From NCBI RefSeq assembly GCF_012290005.1, contig NZ_JAAXMS010000007.1:41991-105990 (forward strand): 64,000 bases of DNA. Direction: 5' to 3'. Made by a program: the position numbers and the translations under genes. The notes under the pieces were generated by a model. It was not told the DNA's origin. It made no database searches and saw nothing but the letters and a program-made list of their open reading frames with translations. Shown piece after piece: positions 51,959 to 61,554 of the stretch. Within the stretch, counting starts at the first letter, position 1; every line of letters starts with the position of its first letter. Source of the stretch: Crateriforma spongiae. GTDB lineage: Bacteria; Planctomycetota; Planctomycetia; Pirellulales; Pirellulaceae.

Positions 51959-54047
51959 GGCTCATTTCCTTATGCTTCGGCACCGCGACAAGGAAGCGTC
52001 CTGCGGTGTCGCGCTGGCGAAAGGCTTCGGGGTGATTCTGGATCCACTCGGGGACCAGTGCATAGGTTTTGGTCCAGTGGCGGTCTTCGTGAAAGGTCAC
52101 AATGATATCCGGCTGCCACTGGTGAATTTCCTGTTGGACTGCATCAAGCGTTGGCATGTACAGTGGCCGGACCACATCCCGCTGCCGGTACGAACCCAGC
52201 AGTGAATAATAACGGTAAAAACATGCCATGATCCGCGGTTCGGATTCGTCCACCATGGCGGCGTCGATCGTACTTTGCCAAGTCGGACGAGTGTCTCGCG
52301 CCGAATAGAAGGACTCATATTGACGGTGCCAGGTCAGCGAAGCGTACGCAACGCCCACGAAAACAAGCCCGGCACAGGCGATCCCTGCGGTGCGCATGTG
52401 ACGCGACAGCCAGCCCTTCGATTCACAAGCAATGAAGTAAATTAGGGCGATGTCGACGGTTGCCAACGGCCAAAAGAACCATGCTTCGCCCGCGTCCCGG
52501 GCAATCGACTTCATCTCGATCCTGAACATCGTCGGCCACGCCGTCAGTCCCATGGCCACCGTCGCATGAAGAATGACGTCCACACCGACCAAGACGGCCA
52601 CCACGATGCCCAGGAATTGCCCCAGTCGACCGCGATGCCATGCGACAGTGGCAAAGCATAATACGGTCGCGATCGCCGCCAGCGCGAAACCGAAGCGGAC
52701 GCTGTGGTAACGCATCGCCAGCATGTTCTGCGTGCCAAAAACCGTTTCAATCACGTTGGGCGTCATGACATAGACGCACGTCGAACCCAGCGTCAGCCAT
52801 GCCAGGAAAACCAGATAGTTTTGCTTCGGCTTTGACCACCAGTAATACAGTCCGATCGGGATCGAAACGCAAACGCCGGTCATCGTCGCCAGCCATGTCG
52901 ATGGACCGTCCTGTTCAGCCCAGGCCCAAGACAGCTTGCGGAAAATCTCCGCGTCGCCACCACGCATCAAGGTGCTGAATCGATTTCCCGGCCTCATCGC
53001 ATCCCATTGATCCGCCATCCCCAAGGCTTTGAAACCTTTTGGAAACAATGGTGTGCCTTCCAGCAGCCAGTTGCGACCGTACCACACCCCCGCCAACAAA
53101 ACGATCGCAGTCACGCAACACGTCAGCCAAGTCGCGGTCGATTTCCATCCGCCGGTCCGCAGTGCAAAGGCGGCAACGACGCCGACGACCACCAACGCAT
53201 AACCGATCGCGTAGTATTTGATCCCGAACAACAAACCGATCGACATCGCCGCCAGGTACGGTAACCGTTGTCGATCGTCGGCCAACCAACGCCATGCGAA
53301 ACAAGCCGCGGAAACAAGCAAGGTGGCGACGGCCAGGTCGTTCTCTTGGCTGATCAACTGTCGACTGACCACCGATGTGGCCGACACTGAAAAACAGGCC
53401 GCCAATCGCATCACGGCGGGGACTCGTGCGTCGATCAAGGCTTCGTTGACCACACACAACAGCAACAAAGCGACAAAAAGATTGGTCAATCCGGCAAAGA
53501 AATCCCCGCTATAACCGGCGACCCAAAAATAGGTGACCAATTCGTTGTTGCCCGGAACATACCAGAACGCACAACGTTGATTGAATAAGTCGGCGGTCTG
53601 GATCCAGTGATCCACGATGGGCAGGTGATAGGCCAATGAATCCCAGTCGACCGGATACCTGGAAACGCCATACATCAACACGTGGGCGATCATCGATGAA
53701 ACCATCAACGCCGATCCCAACCGCACGGCCCTTTGACGACCGGACTTGCTGAATATTCGCATGCCTGTCGGCCGCCCATTGCGCGTCGGCGGGAACCACC
53801 GTCGAAAAGCGAAACCGATCACAGCCAACGAAAGCTGAAACACCCAAGGGTGAAACATTCCCAAAAAGCCCGAAAACGATGCCACCAAGACCACGCACGA
53901 CCAGACCACCACCAACGTCGCGGCGAACCGAGACGTCAGTCTGTCGGGAACTTGCAACGCGGCAAATCGGTGGCTGCCGGACACCAGCAGCCCGACCGAC
54001 ACCGCCCAAAGCACCGTCCAAGATAGATCCCAAACTACGACGAACAT
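51942..54047 (-). CDS. polytopic membrane protein, paralogue of 7342..9060 (GT-C-like glycosyltransferase candidate)
   Basis: ATG 54047 (MFVVVWDLSWTVLWAVSVGLLVSG), 13 nt into the sulfotransferase 3' end. Many TM segments and a C-terminal soluble domain. Confidence 0.55.
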   Translation of the reverse strand: MFVVVWDLSWTVLWAVSVGLLVSGSHRFAALQVPDRLTSRFAATLVVVWSCVVLVASFSGFLGMFHPWVFQLSLAVIGFAFRRWFPPTRNGRPTGMRIFSKSGRQRAVRLGSALMVSSMIAHVLMYGVSRYPVDWDSLAYHLPIVDHWIQTADLFNQRCAFWYVPGNNELVTYFWVAGYSGDFFAGLTNLFVALLLLCVVNEALIDARVPAVMRLAACFSVSATSVVSRQLISQENDLAVATLLVSAACFAWRWLADDRQRLPYLAAMSIGLLFGIKYYAIGYALVVVGVVAAFALRTGGWKSTATWLTCCVTAIVLLAGVWYGRNWLLEGTPLFPKGFKALGMADQWDAMRPGNRFSTLMRGGDAEIFRKLSWAWAEQDGPSTWLATMTGVCVSIPIGLYYWWSKPKQNYLVFLAWLTLGSTCVYVMTPNVIETVFGTQNMLAMRYHSVRFGFALAAIATVLCFATVAWHRGRLGQFLGIVVAVLVGVDVILHATVAMGLTAWPTMFRIEMKSIARDAGEAWFFWPLATVDIALIYFIACESKGWLSRHMRTAGIACAGLVFVGVAYASLTWHRQYESFYSARDTRPTWQSTIDAAMVDESEPRIMACFYRYYSLLGSYRQRDVVRPLYMPTLDAVQQEIHQWQPDIIVTFHEDRHWTKTYALVPEWIQNHPEAFRQRDTAGRFLVAVPKHKEMSHDVSP

Positions 54048-55051
54048 GCCTGCGATACTGATCGATTGATCAGCGCTGAACGATTGAAGATGCCTCGGCC
54101 GTCTCTCAAGCGGTAAGCCATTTCGGAACACCACACAGCCGGCGGCAGGCCAATCAACGAACGAGCCAGTGAAGCATTGGCGGCAATCAGGTCGGTCATC
54201 GAACACCCACCGCCGTTGGTCGCTACACGATCGTATCCGATTCGATCCATGGTTTGTCCGCAAACACGCTCCACCGGCTCCGCGATGGCGGCACGATTTC
54301 GCCGCCAAGCGGACACCCGGGCAAGGTCGGGCGGATTCAATGCCGTCTGCTTCCAGGCCCGTTCGCGTTCGGGAAAGCAAGAGGCATCGTGGACGCTAGG
54401 CCGCTGAAGCGTCGAAAGAATCGATTCGTCCGCCGACAAACCCAAGAATGTCAGTGCATCGGCAAGTTCCTGTTCGGGACGCGTGACCAACCGTTCGAAA
54501 CGCACCCAGCAAATACGTCGTGGCCAACGTTCGGCCGCGTCCAACAAGCGACGCTGTGTTCGGTCCCAAAGCAATGCCGCACCTCGCACGCTGGTTCGCA
54601 GCCACGGAACGCCCGTCAGGCTTAACGCCACATCCCGTGGATCACGCACGACGAATATCCAACGGCTATCGGGAAAGACTTCATCGATCCAGTCCAGACG
54701 GTACGAGTACTCAGGAGTCTTGTCGCCCAACAAACATTGCCGCTGCGGCGCGTGCCCGACATCGGTCGTCGACACGCGGTTCCGATCGATTCCGTGACTT
54801 GGATAAAGTCGATGCAAGTAGGCATAGATCTCATCAACTCGGCGATCGCCACGCAGCATGTCGGCGGGAAAGGCGACCGAACAATCCGATTCAATCCGTC
54901 GAAGCGTCTTTCGTCGGACCCATCGGGGGCAACCGTGATATAAGAAAAACAGCTTCAGCTCCGGAGGCACCCAAGCATGCGGGTGTCGGTTCAACAACAC
55001 CTGCAGGAAAGTGGTTCCGGATCGCGGGCAACCGACGACGAAGAATGGAAA
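54035..55051 (-). CDS. sulfotransferase family protein
   Basis: 5'-PSB-like P-loop FFVVGCPRSGTTFLQVLLNRHP plus RDPRDVALS. Start uncertain: ATG 55051 (MSSQFPFFVV) is favoured; the ORF is open to 55276. Confidence 0.7.
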   Translation of the reverse strand, partial: FPFFVVGCPRSGTTFLQVLLNRHPHAWVPPELKLFFLYHGCPRWVRRKTLRRIESDCSVAFPADMLRGDRRVDEIYAYLHRLYPSHGIDRNRVSTTDVGHAPQRQCLLGDKTPEYSYRLDWIDEVFPDSRWIFVVRDPRDVALSLTGVPWLRTSVRGAALLWDRTQRRLLDAAERWPRRICWVRFERLVTRPEQELADALTFLGLSADESILSTLQRPSVHDASCFPERERAWKQTALNPPDLARVSAWRRNRAAIAEPVERVCGQTMDRIGYDRVATNGGGCSMTDLIAANASLARSLIGLPPAVWCSEMAYRLRDGRGIFNRSALINRSVSQACSS

Positions 55052-55376
55052 CTGGCTGGACATCTGGGAAAAAGGTACGCGGGATTCTTCGCCCAGCAAG
55101 TTAAAAGAAATCCGACTCCGGCCGGTCTTCACCGAAACGTCCGTTTTTTTCCAAACGCCCGGTTCTTTTCCAGCCGCCTCGCTGAGCAAGACCTCCTTGA
55201 ACGCATCGCGACTGATCCTAGCGACCCGGACCGAGCGCATCATACGCCAACCGTGTGACGCAGAATCGACGGACACGTGTCAGCGGCAAACCGAGGTTTT
55301 TTTGACCGCCTTCCCCGGTGGGTGTACAGTTACTGGCTTCCAATTCAGGCAACCGATCCACCGTCTGTCGCGTTGG

Positions 55377-55408
55377 CAGGGGTGCAGGGGTGCAGGGGTG
55401 CAGGGGTG
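55377..55408 (+). repeat. perfect 4x tandem CAGGGGTG (G4-N4)x4 microsatellite abutting ATG 55409
   Basis: Direct read: caggggtg x4, then atgcaaaaactg. Confidence 0.9.
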
Positions 55409-56218
55409 ATGCAAAAACTGGAGCCACAAGCGGGGCAGCTGGCCAAAATCGACCGACTGGCCATTCAATTGGCCGAAAGCGACGATTTGGCGGAAGTCGC
55501 GGAGATCCGAGACAAGTGCGCGTTTCTTCAGGACATGGCGAAAACCGTCTTCAGAAACCTAGACGCCCAGAACCGCGCCGCGGCCAGCAAGCTGCGAGCC
55601 GAGCGGAAGGCCGGCAAGATGCTTGCCGCGATGCGACTTCGTGGGGGCGACCGCCGATCAAGTGGTCACGGCGACCGTTTGAAATTGCACGATCTAGGGA
55701 TTTCTCATAACGATTCCAAACGCTGGCAAAAACGCGCTTCCATCCCGGATGAATGGTTCGAAGCCTATTTGGCGACCGCGGAGAAGCTCGGTGAAGAGAT
55801 CTCGGCAAGCGGTTTGGAACGAACGGCCAGAAAAGCCGAAAGGGCAACCCGGTCCGAGGAGGGTTCGTCCGTGTCGGCCAACGATGGCTGTGCGAAAGAG
55901 GCCAGAGATGGCCCCGCAAATGAAAATACCAACCGCCCGGATGATCGTTCTGAAGTAAAAAGCCCTGCCCGCGACGAGGAAGTTTCAGAGCCGAGCCCCA
56001 GCGGCGTCGCGCTCCTCGGGCACGCGGATGAAATACTTGGCAATGCAAAGGGTCACTGCGACACCTTGGCTCGTCTGGTTTCTCCGTTGGCACAAGACCC
56101 GGACGCAGAATTGTTACCCGCCACGCGGCGAGGGTTGGTCCGTTATGTCGACGAATTGCAGCGGACGCTCAACGAATTATTGAACCTATCCGAATCAAAA
56201 AATGAATGCAGATCATAA
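55409..56218 (+). CDS. hypothetical protein of a family I associate with prophage/plasmid contexts (motif ...RGGDRRSSGHGDRLKLHDLGISHNDSKRWQKRASIPDEWFEAYL)
   Basis: ATG immediately after the G-rich repeat. The motif resembles LSDLGxSKxQSSRWQKLAxxP proteins that I recall from mobile elements, from memory only and not verified. It is followed by an acidic, Ser/Glu-rich tail. Confidence 0.5.
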   Translation: MQKLEPQAGQLAKIDRLAIQLAESDDLAEVAEIRDKCAFLQDMAKTVFRNLDAQNRAAASKLRAERKAGKMLAAMRLRGGDRRSSGHGDRLKLHDLGISHNDSKRWQKRASIPDEWFEAYLATAEKLGEEISASGLERTARKAERATRSEEGSSVSANDGCAKEARDGPANENTNRPDDRSEVKSPARDEEVSEPSPSGVALLGHADEILGNAKGHCDTLARLVSPLAQDPDAELLPATRRGLVRYVDELQRTLNELLNLSESKNECRS

Positions 56219-57000
56219 CGGGATGCTGTTGGTGTTTCCTATCGATCCAGCCTGGCATTGGGCAGCAGCCAGGTTATGCACGGCAGGGCTTTCCGTCAGA
56301 TGCACGATGGTCAACCGCATCGATTGGCGTGCGGGGCCTGCCAGGCGTTCACCCTGCTTTCTCAAAAACGCAAGTCTCGGGGATTCACGAGATCGGCGGG
56401 GATGCTCTGGTGAACGGTTCACTTGAACCCAATCGTACTTTTGGGACGGAGATTTTTGGGTTCCAGGAATTGACGGGCGAACGATCTGGCCCTGTACGAA
56501 GTCCGATGCGGCGTTGGCGCAAGCTCTTCCGAAAATGGTCAGAGTTGACCGGTTTCCGATTCTGCGAAAGAAAATGTCTTGAATCTTCGAAGTTTTGACA
56601 CTTCTCTTGTGGGAAAAGCCTTCGGGGACCTTAAGTTTGCGTTCGTAGTTTCGGTGCCGCAATCTGGAACTTCAGCTATACAAAATTGCGGGTAAGTACA
56701 AAGACACGAGGGCCAGTTTGGCCCGCCGGCGCGTTGCCGTTTCAAAGTTTTTGTCGACGCGTGTGTTCAGGCATGGTTTTTCCATTGTTTTCGTCGTCAA
56801 TCCGCACTGCAAGTTGATGTTGGTCTATTCGTGAGTGATTCGCAAATTGCAGGTCTGGCACCCTGCATCGTGAGGCTCAGTCAATTTCCTTGTGCCTTCA
56901 TGGTTTTTCGGAGGCCCTTGGCGTGTTGATTTGTATTGCGAAATCGCCAGCTGTGACAAGAAACGACAATTGCCTGGATCGTGTTGATATGTTGAATAAG

Positions 57001-58125
57001 CAACGCCCGAGAATGGTCGACCGCAATCGTAAGGTGGCTGGCACCATCGCGTTGGCCTTCTTTTCCTACGCAGTTGGGACTGTCAGAGGCGAGGGGATCA
57101 ATCTGACTCAGGCCGAAGCTGCGACTCAGGAGAAATTTGAAAAGGTCAACCGCCAGTTTCAGGTTTCCTATGTGGTGACGCAGAAATTTGTTGGCGAAGC
57201 AGAGAGATTTGCACCGGCTCACGTTGGTAGCAACGGCACTATGGAGCGTCTCGCTTTGAAATGGTCTGCCGTTCACGCATGGGATCGGCCATCAAAAAAG
57301 TACTATCATCAATTGGGAGCAGGTGCCTCCGCGGATGTTCCCTTCGCGAAGCCCGACGGACGTCGTAGTTTGATGTCCGATGGAGAATTGGCGTATCGTC
57401 TAACAGGGGCTGGCGATGGGATTCACGCCACTCGCGACATTGATTCGACCTTGAACGATCCCACCCGCGTTGGCTCCGATGATCTTTATCGGGAACTGTT
57501 GGGGATGGTGTCGGTTCGGGACGGCTTTGGTGTCAAATTGCGGGACCCGGCTCTTGAAAAGTATGTTTCGCTTCTTGACATTCTCCATGAAGGGTCATAC
57601 GCCGCGACCTGGGTGACACGGCGTGACGAACGCATGCTCAGGCTTGCTGATGAGGGTCGAGATGAAATATTCCTCGATCCGGCTCGAAATTTTGCTCTGG
57701 TCGAACGGGCGCATTATTGGAAAACCTTTCCGGGTGAGGTGCGAACCTCGCTCATTGTTGAGTCGTTCGAAGAAGTCGAGCCGAAGATTTGGATGCCAGT
57801 TCGTGTGAAACTTGAATACTTCTCGCAGCCTCCAAGTTCCGCACCGGTCGTCGAAGCGATCTTGGTTGCTTCGAAGATTAGCCTAACTCCCGATCCCATG
57901 TACTTTCGACTTCCTATCGAGAACGCCCCGGGCATCATCGATGAGGACCGAGGGATCGCCGTCGATATGGCTGATTTGGAAGGCAAGAGCGTTCGCGAGT
58001 TCCTCGACTCTCAGCCGCTGGCGGAAGGGTCGCGAGGTTTTTTCAGTGCACCTGTTCTTTTCGTGGTGCTCAGCAGTTTTCTGTTGGTCGCCTTTCTGAT
58101 CTTTCGCAGGAGAAGGGTTTTGTGA
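57001..58125 (+). CDS. hypothetical protein: N-terminal signal/anchor + C-terminal TM helix with basic tail
   Basis: MLNKQRPRMVDRNRKVAGTIALAFFSYAVGTVRG ...; C-terminal FFSAPVLFVVLSSFLLVAFLIFRRRRVL. The ORF is open from 56890. Confidence 0.55.
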   Translation, partial: QRPRMVDRNRKVAGTIALAFFSYAVGTVRGEGINLTQAEAATQEKFEKVNRQFQVSYVVTQKFVGEAERFAPAHVGSNGTMERLALKWSAVHAWDRPSKKYYHQLGAGASADVPFAKPDGRRSLMSDGELAYRLTGAGDGIHATRDIDSTLNDPTRVGSDDLYRELLGMVSVRDGFGVKLRDPALEKYVSLLDILHEGSYAATWVTRRDERMLRLADEGRDEIFLDPARNFALVERAHYWKTFPGEVRTSLIVESFEEVEPKIWMPVRVKLEYFSQPPSSAPVVEAILVASKISLTPDPMYFRLPIENAPGIIDEDRGIAVDMADLEGKSVREFLDSQPLAEGSRGFFSAPVLFVVLSSFLLVAFLIFRRRRVL

Positions 58126-58156
58126 CGGAGACGATGTACGTGAGCGGACCGACTCA

Positions 58157-59776
58157 ATGAAAAGAAAACTAGCATTTTTCGTGTGTGCGATGTTGGCGTG
58201 CGATGCGTATGCCTTGGAATCGCAACCTCCCCAGAGTGCTCAACGGTGGCGAGATGAGAGATGCTGTGGCCCGGTCAGTCTTTACGTACTTGCGAAATTG
58301 GCTGATCAGCCATTGGATTTGGAGGAGATCATTCGAATCGCCCCACCAAGCGACAAAGGCCGGACAAAAAGCCTGGGAACAGTGGGGGCTTTCCTTGCGG
58401 CGTTTGTTTATTTTCTTTGTAAGATGGTGCGTCGTGGAGTAAGAAAAGCGTTGCTGAAAAGTTTTGTGACCGATGGCACCCGAGCGACTGGTCTGATTCG
58501 GGGGTGGCGTCTGCCATCGTCGCTGACTCGATCAAGTTTCTTCAAGCTCGCCATTTTGTACTGTGGGTTTGCATTTGCTAACGAGCATGCGTGGGGCGAA
58601 CATGTGTTGCCCCGCTCCGTTAGGGCAGCTCTTGAGCAAAACTCATCGCTGTTTTCGAAAGCCAGCATTACTGGTCAGAAGAGTCGAAAAATAATTTCTT
58701 CGATTGAAGACGTAAAAAGCTTGTTTGGAACTCTTGAATCGCGGGACGAGTTCGAGAAAACGCTTGGTTTTGAGCTGAAGTTCAACGGGCCACTTTTTCG
58801 AGAGTCCGTGGTGCACCCCCCGGGGGCCTACTATGCGAGTGAACTCGTAAATGAAATATCTTACGATGGACAAAAGTTTTATCACGGATCGAAAGATCTT
58901 AGTGATCCTGCTTTGAGCAGCGTGTTCGTCTACACGCCGGAGATAGCCACTTCGCGACAAGAGCGCATGGAAGGCCTGGACTATTTGGCATCGATGGAAT
59001 TTTGGTATCTCGATGAAATTGGTTTTAGGGGGCCACACTCCGTGGCGGAGCTTGGTCAGCCGGTTAAATCTGTCATTCTCGATGCTGAGAATCGCGGGAA
59101 AGTCATTTCAGTTGAAGACCTCAGCAACGGGGCAATGGAGTTGATTGAGGTCATCATCGAGCAGCCAGAGCCCTGGCAGAGTCAGATGACATTTGACATC
59201 AAAACGCATGAGCCCTTTGCACTTTTGACGGGCAGTAGTCGCGAATTGCAGATGCGCATTGAGCAAGAGCGGCGAGAGTTGCTGGGAGATAGCCGGAAGA
59301 TTCGATATCGTCTCAGAAAGTCCTTGGGTTACGCCGTCGAAGAGAAATGGGTTTCGAGAGCTTCCACAGGTGATGTTATGTTTCACACGCGGAATTCGGA
59401 CTTTTTGCAAGTTGGCTCAGCTAACGCTTGGATTCCAAGGCGATGTGTCGTTGCGTCATTCGCCTACGAAACTTCTCCTTCATCGATTGCACCTGCGGCA
59501 GTGTTTCAGACTCTGATTGAGATCGTTTCCTATCAAGCGATCGAGTTGGGCAACAGCGAATTCAAGATTTGGTACGACGAAGCCGGTGTAAGGGTTTCCG
59601 ATTGGACCAGTCCGCGAGCCACCCTCGAGGATGCGGATTTCTATCGTGTTCCAGCTTCAATTTTTGATATGCCCCAAAAGTCGCCGTTGATAAGAAATGT
59701 TTTGATTCTAAATTTGATTGTCGTTTTGGGTATTGTCGGGTGGTGGGTTTATCGAAAGAATCGAAAAAACACCTGA
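58157..59776 (+). CDS. hypothetical protein: signal peptide, C39-peptidase-like N-terminal motif, C-terminal TM anchor + basic tail
   Basis: MKRKLAFFVCAMLACDAYALE signal peptide. ERCCGPVSLYVLAKLADQPLDLEEI...DKGRTKSLGTVGAFLAAF resembles the C39 dCGpAaLa...sLeEL...GTsalG region. C-terminal PLIRNVLILNLIVVLGIVGWWVYRKNRKNT. Confidence 0.55.
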   Translation: MKRKLAFFVCAMLACDAYALESQPPQSAQRWRDERCCGPVSLYVLAKLADQPLDLEEIIRIAPPSDKGRTKSLGTVGAFLAAFVYFLCKMVRRGVRKALLKSFVTDGTRATGLIRGWRLPSSLTRSSFFKLAILYCGFAFANEHAWGEHVLPRSVRAALEQNSSLFSKASITGQKSRKIISSIEDVKSLFGTLESRDEFEKTLGFELKFNGPLFRESVVHPPGAYYASELVNEISYDGQKFYHGSKDLSDPALSSVFVYTPEIATSRQERMEGLDYLASMEFWYLDEIGFRGPHSVAELGQPVKSVILDAENRGKVISVEDLSNGAMELIEVIIEQPEPWQSQMTFDIKTHEPFALLTGSSRELQMRIEQERRELLGDSRKIRYRLRKSLGYAVEEKWVSRASTGDVMFHTRNSDFLQVGSANAWIPRRCVVASFAYETSPSSIAPAAVFQTLIEIVSYQAIELGNSEFKIWYDEAGVRVSDWTSPRATLEDADFYRVPASIFDMPQKSPLIRNVLILNLIVVLGIVGWWVYRKNRKNT

Positions 59777-59797
59777 TGTATTGAAGTGTTATTGTTC

Positions 59798-60124
59798 ATG
59801 GTGTTTCAGATTCTAGCTTTTCCTGTGGGGGGCTTCGAGAGAGTTTTACCGGTGTTCGATGAAAGCATGACTGCGGATCAGCTTGCGGAGTTTCTAGTGC
59901 TTCATCATGATGCGTTGAAGTCGCTGTCGTTGGTTTGTCAGACTTTTCCGCAGAGTATTGAAGATGAGCCTGAAGGGCATTATTGGCGGAGGACAGTGTC
60001 GGTGAATGGATCGAAGTTGATGTATAGGAGTGACAATGGTCATGGGTATTTAAGGCTGCCCTGGGGATTTGATCCGTTAAAAAAAGACGTTCGTAATGGA
60101 CCCCGATGGCTCTTTGGCATTTGA
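59798..60124 (+). CDS. small hypothetical protein (~108 aa)
   Basis: Lies in the operon gap with operon-like spacing; no recognisable motif. Confidence 0.3.
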   Translation: MVFQILAFPVGGFERVLPVFDESMTADQLAEFLVLHHDALKSLSLVCQTFPQSIEDEPEGHYWRRTVSVNGSKLMYRSDNGHGYLRLPWGFDPLKKDVRNGPRWLFGI

Positions 60125-60390
60125 ACATGTAAATCGGAAGTTCACGGAGTGTCAGTTTCGTGCCGGCAATGCGCCGCTTTCGGTTCATTTTTGGCGTATC
60201 GCGATGGCTTTGGGCTCTCCTTGGATGCCTGTTGACGGTGTTGTCCGAGCGTTTTGTCTCACGTTGATCAATCGCGTACTGCCATGTGATTGGTTTGGCA
60301 ATTCCTCGGGGTATTGATCCAATCTATTCGCTTGTAAAATCTATTTGAATCGAATTATCTGTTGGGAGATTTTGGGTGGAGCGGTTAAGT

Positions 60391-61545
60391 ATGCAGTGTC
60401 GGGTGCTGGTTTGGAAACGGATGCTTCCGATCGCTCTCTTGTTTTTCTGTCCGCTGACAGAGTCGTGGGGGTTAGAGCCAGCCGACGCATTCGAAAGGCT
60501 CTACGGACGACGACTTCAGTGTACGAAAGCGGAAGTGACCGCGAAGTGGACGGTCAGAAAATCCGCGACCGGTGAGACTTATGGTCTGGATCTAAGCCCG
60601 CAGCAGGGATTGGCCAAGATTGCCTTCGACGACGAGGTGCCGATATGGCAGTTGAAAATGGAACGCAATCAGGTTGTCGGTTCGAGATTTCATCGAGATA
60701 CTCCTACAACCAGAAGGCAGATAAACCAAGATAGCTTTTTGCTCGCTGTCGAGTTGGAGAATGACAGGTACTTCTTTAACCCATTTTATATGGGAGCGTT
60801 TCTGTATACGGCACCAAGAAACATTCGTCCGCCGAGGGTTAGTTTTGATCGAATGTACCCTTCGATTCATCCGCGGATGGTCGGCTTGTTTTCATTAGAG
60901 AGTTTTCTTCACGGTGTTTCCCATCAATCGATGGATCGCCGGCGGGAGTGGTCAAAACAACCGAGTACGAAATGTATTGAGACTGAAAATGGGTTTCAAA
61001 TTGTTGGTCCCTCGTCGACCGGACAGCAAGTGGAATACTCCTATGATACGAAAGATGAGCCAATTTTGAGTATTGTGCGAACGATCGGAAGAGTATCCGA
61101 AGACGGCAACTTCGTTCTCGCCGGTGAACCCTGGGCAGTCTTAAAGACCGAACACAGGGAGTTCGGGAAGGCCGTTCTTCCGATCCACGCGAAGCAAGTT
61201 CAGACCGAATACAAGGAGGCCTTTAAAGAAGAAACGAGGGAACCCGTCCATGTTTTGGTCAAAACGGTGATTGATCTGGAACTCGATTGGGACCACGTGA
61301 ATGACAACGACTTCTCGCTCACGAGTGACTACCAATCATGGGGCCTGCCTTCCGGTACACGTGTGCTGGACGCGTCGAAAATGCAGCCAAACACAATCGA
61401 TCGAATCGCAGTGACGTCGATCAAACCACGGAAGCCAAAACCGAATGGATTGCCAGTAATCATCATCCTGTCTTTCGTCACGGTGGGGCTTTTGGTTTGT
61501 CGTTTCCTTTATCGTTGGTGGAGCAATCGTAGGCTTAGTATGTGA
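60391..61545 (+). CDS. hypothetical protein: signal peptide + C-terminal TM anchor with basic tail
   Basis: ATG 60391 with a GGTGGAG SD. MQCRVLVWKRMLPIALLFFCPLTESWG ...; C-terminal KPNGLPVIIILSFVTVGLLVCRFLYRWWSNRRLSM. Confidence 0.55.
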   Translation: MQCRVLVWKRMLPIALLFFCPLTESWGLEPADAFERLYGRRLQCTKAEVTAKWTVRKSATGETYGLDLSPQQGLAKIAFDDEVPIWQLKMERNQVVGSRFHRDTPTTRRQINQDSFLLAVELENDRYFFNPFYMGAFLYTAPRNIRPPRVSFDRMYPSIHPRMVGLFSLESFLHGVSHQSMDRRREWSKQPSTKCIETENGFQIVGPSSTGQQVEYSYDTKDEPILSIVRTIGRVSEDGNFVLAGEPWAVLKTEHREFGKAVLPIHAKQVQTEYKEAFKEETREPVHVLVKTVIDLELDWDHVNDNDFSLTSDYQSWGLPSGTRVLDASKMQPNTIDRIAVTSIKPRKPKPNGLPVIIILSFVTVGLLVCRFLYRWWSNRRLSM

Positions 61546-61554
61546 AGGCGTGAA

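Noticed and set aside
60096-60317. ORF 60096..60317 (+, 73 aa) in the island gap
   Set aside because: No SD, overlaps the end of the 59798..60124 ORF out of frame, and has no motif. The gap is more likely regulatory or untranslated.
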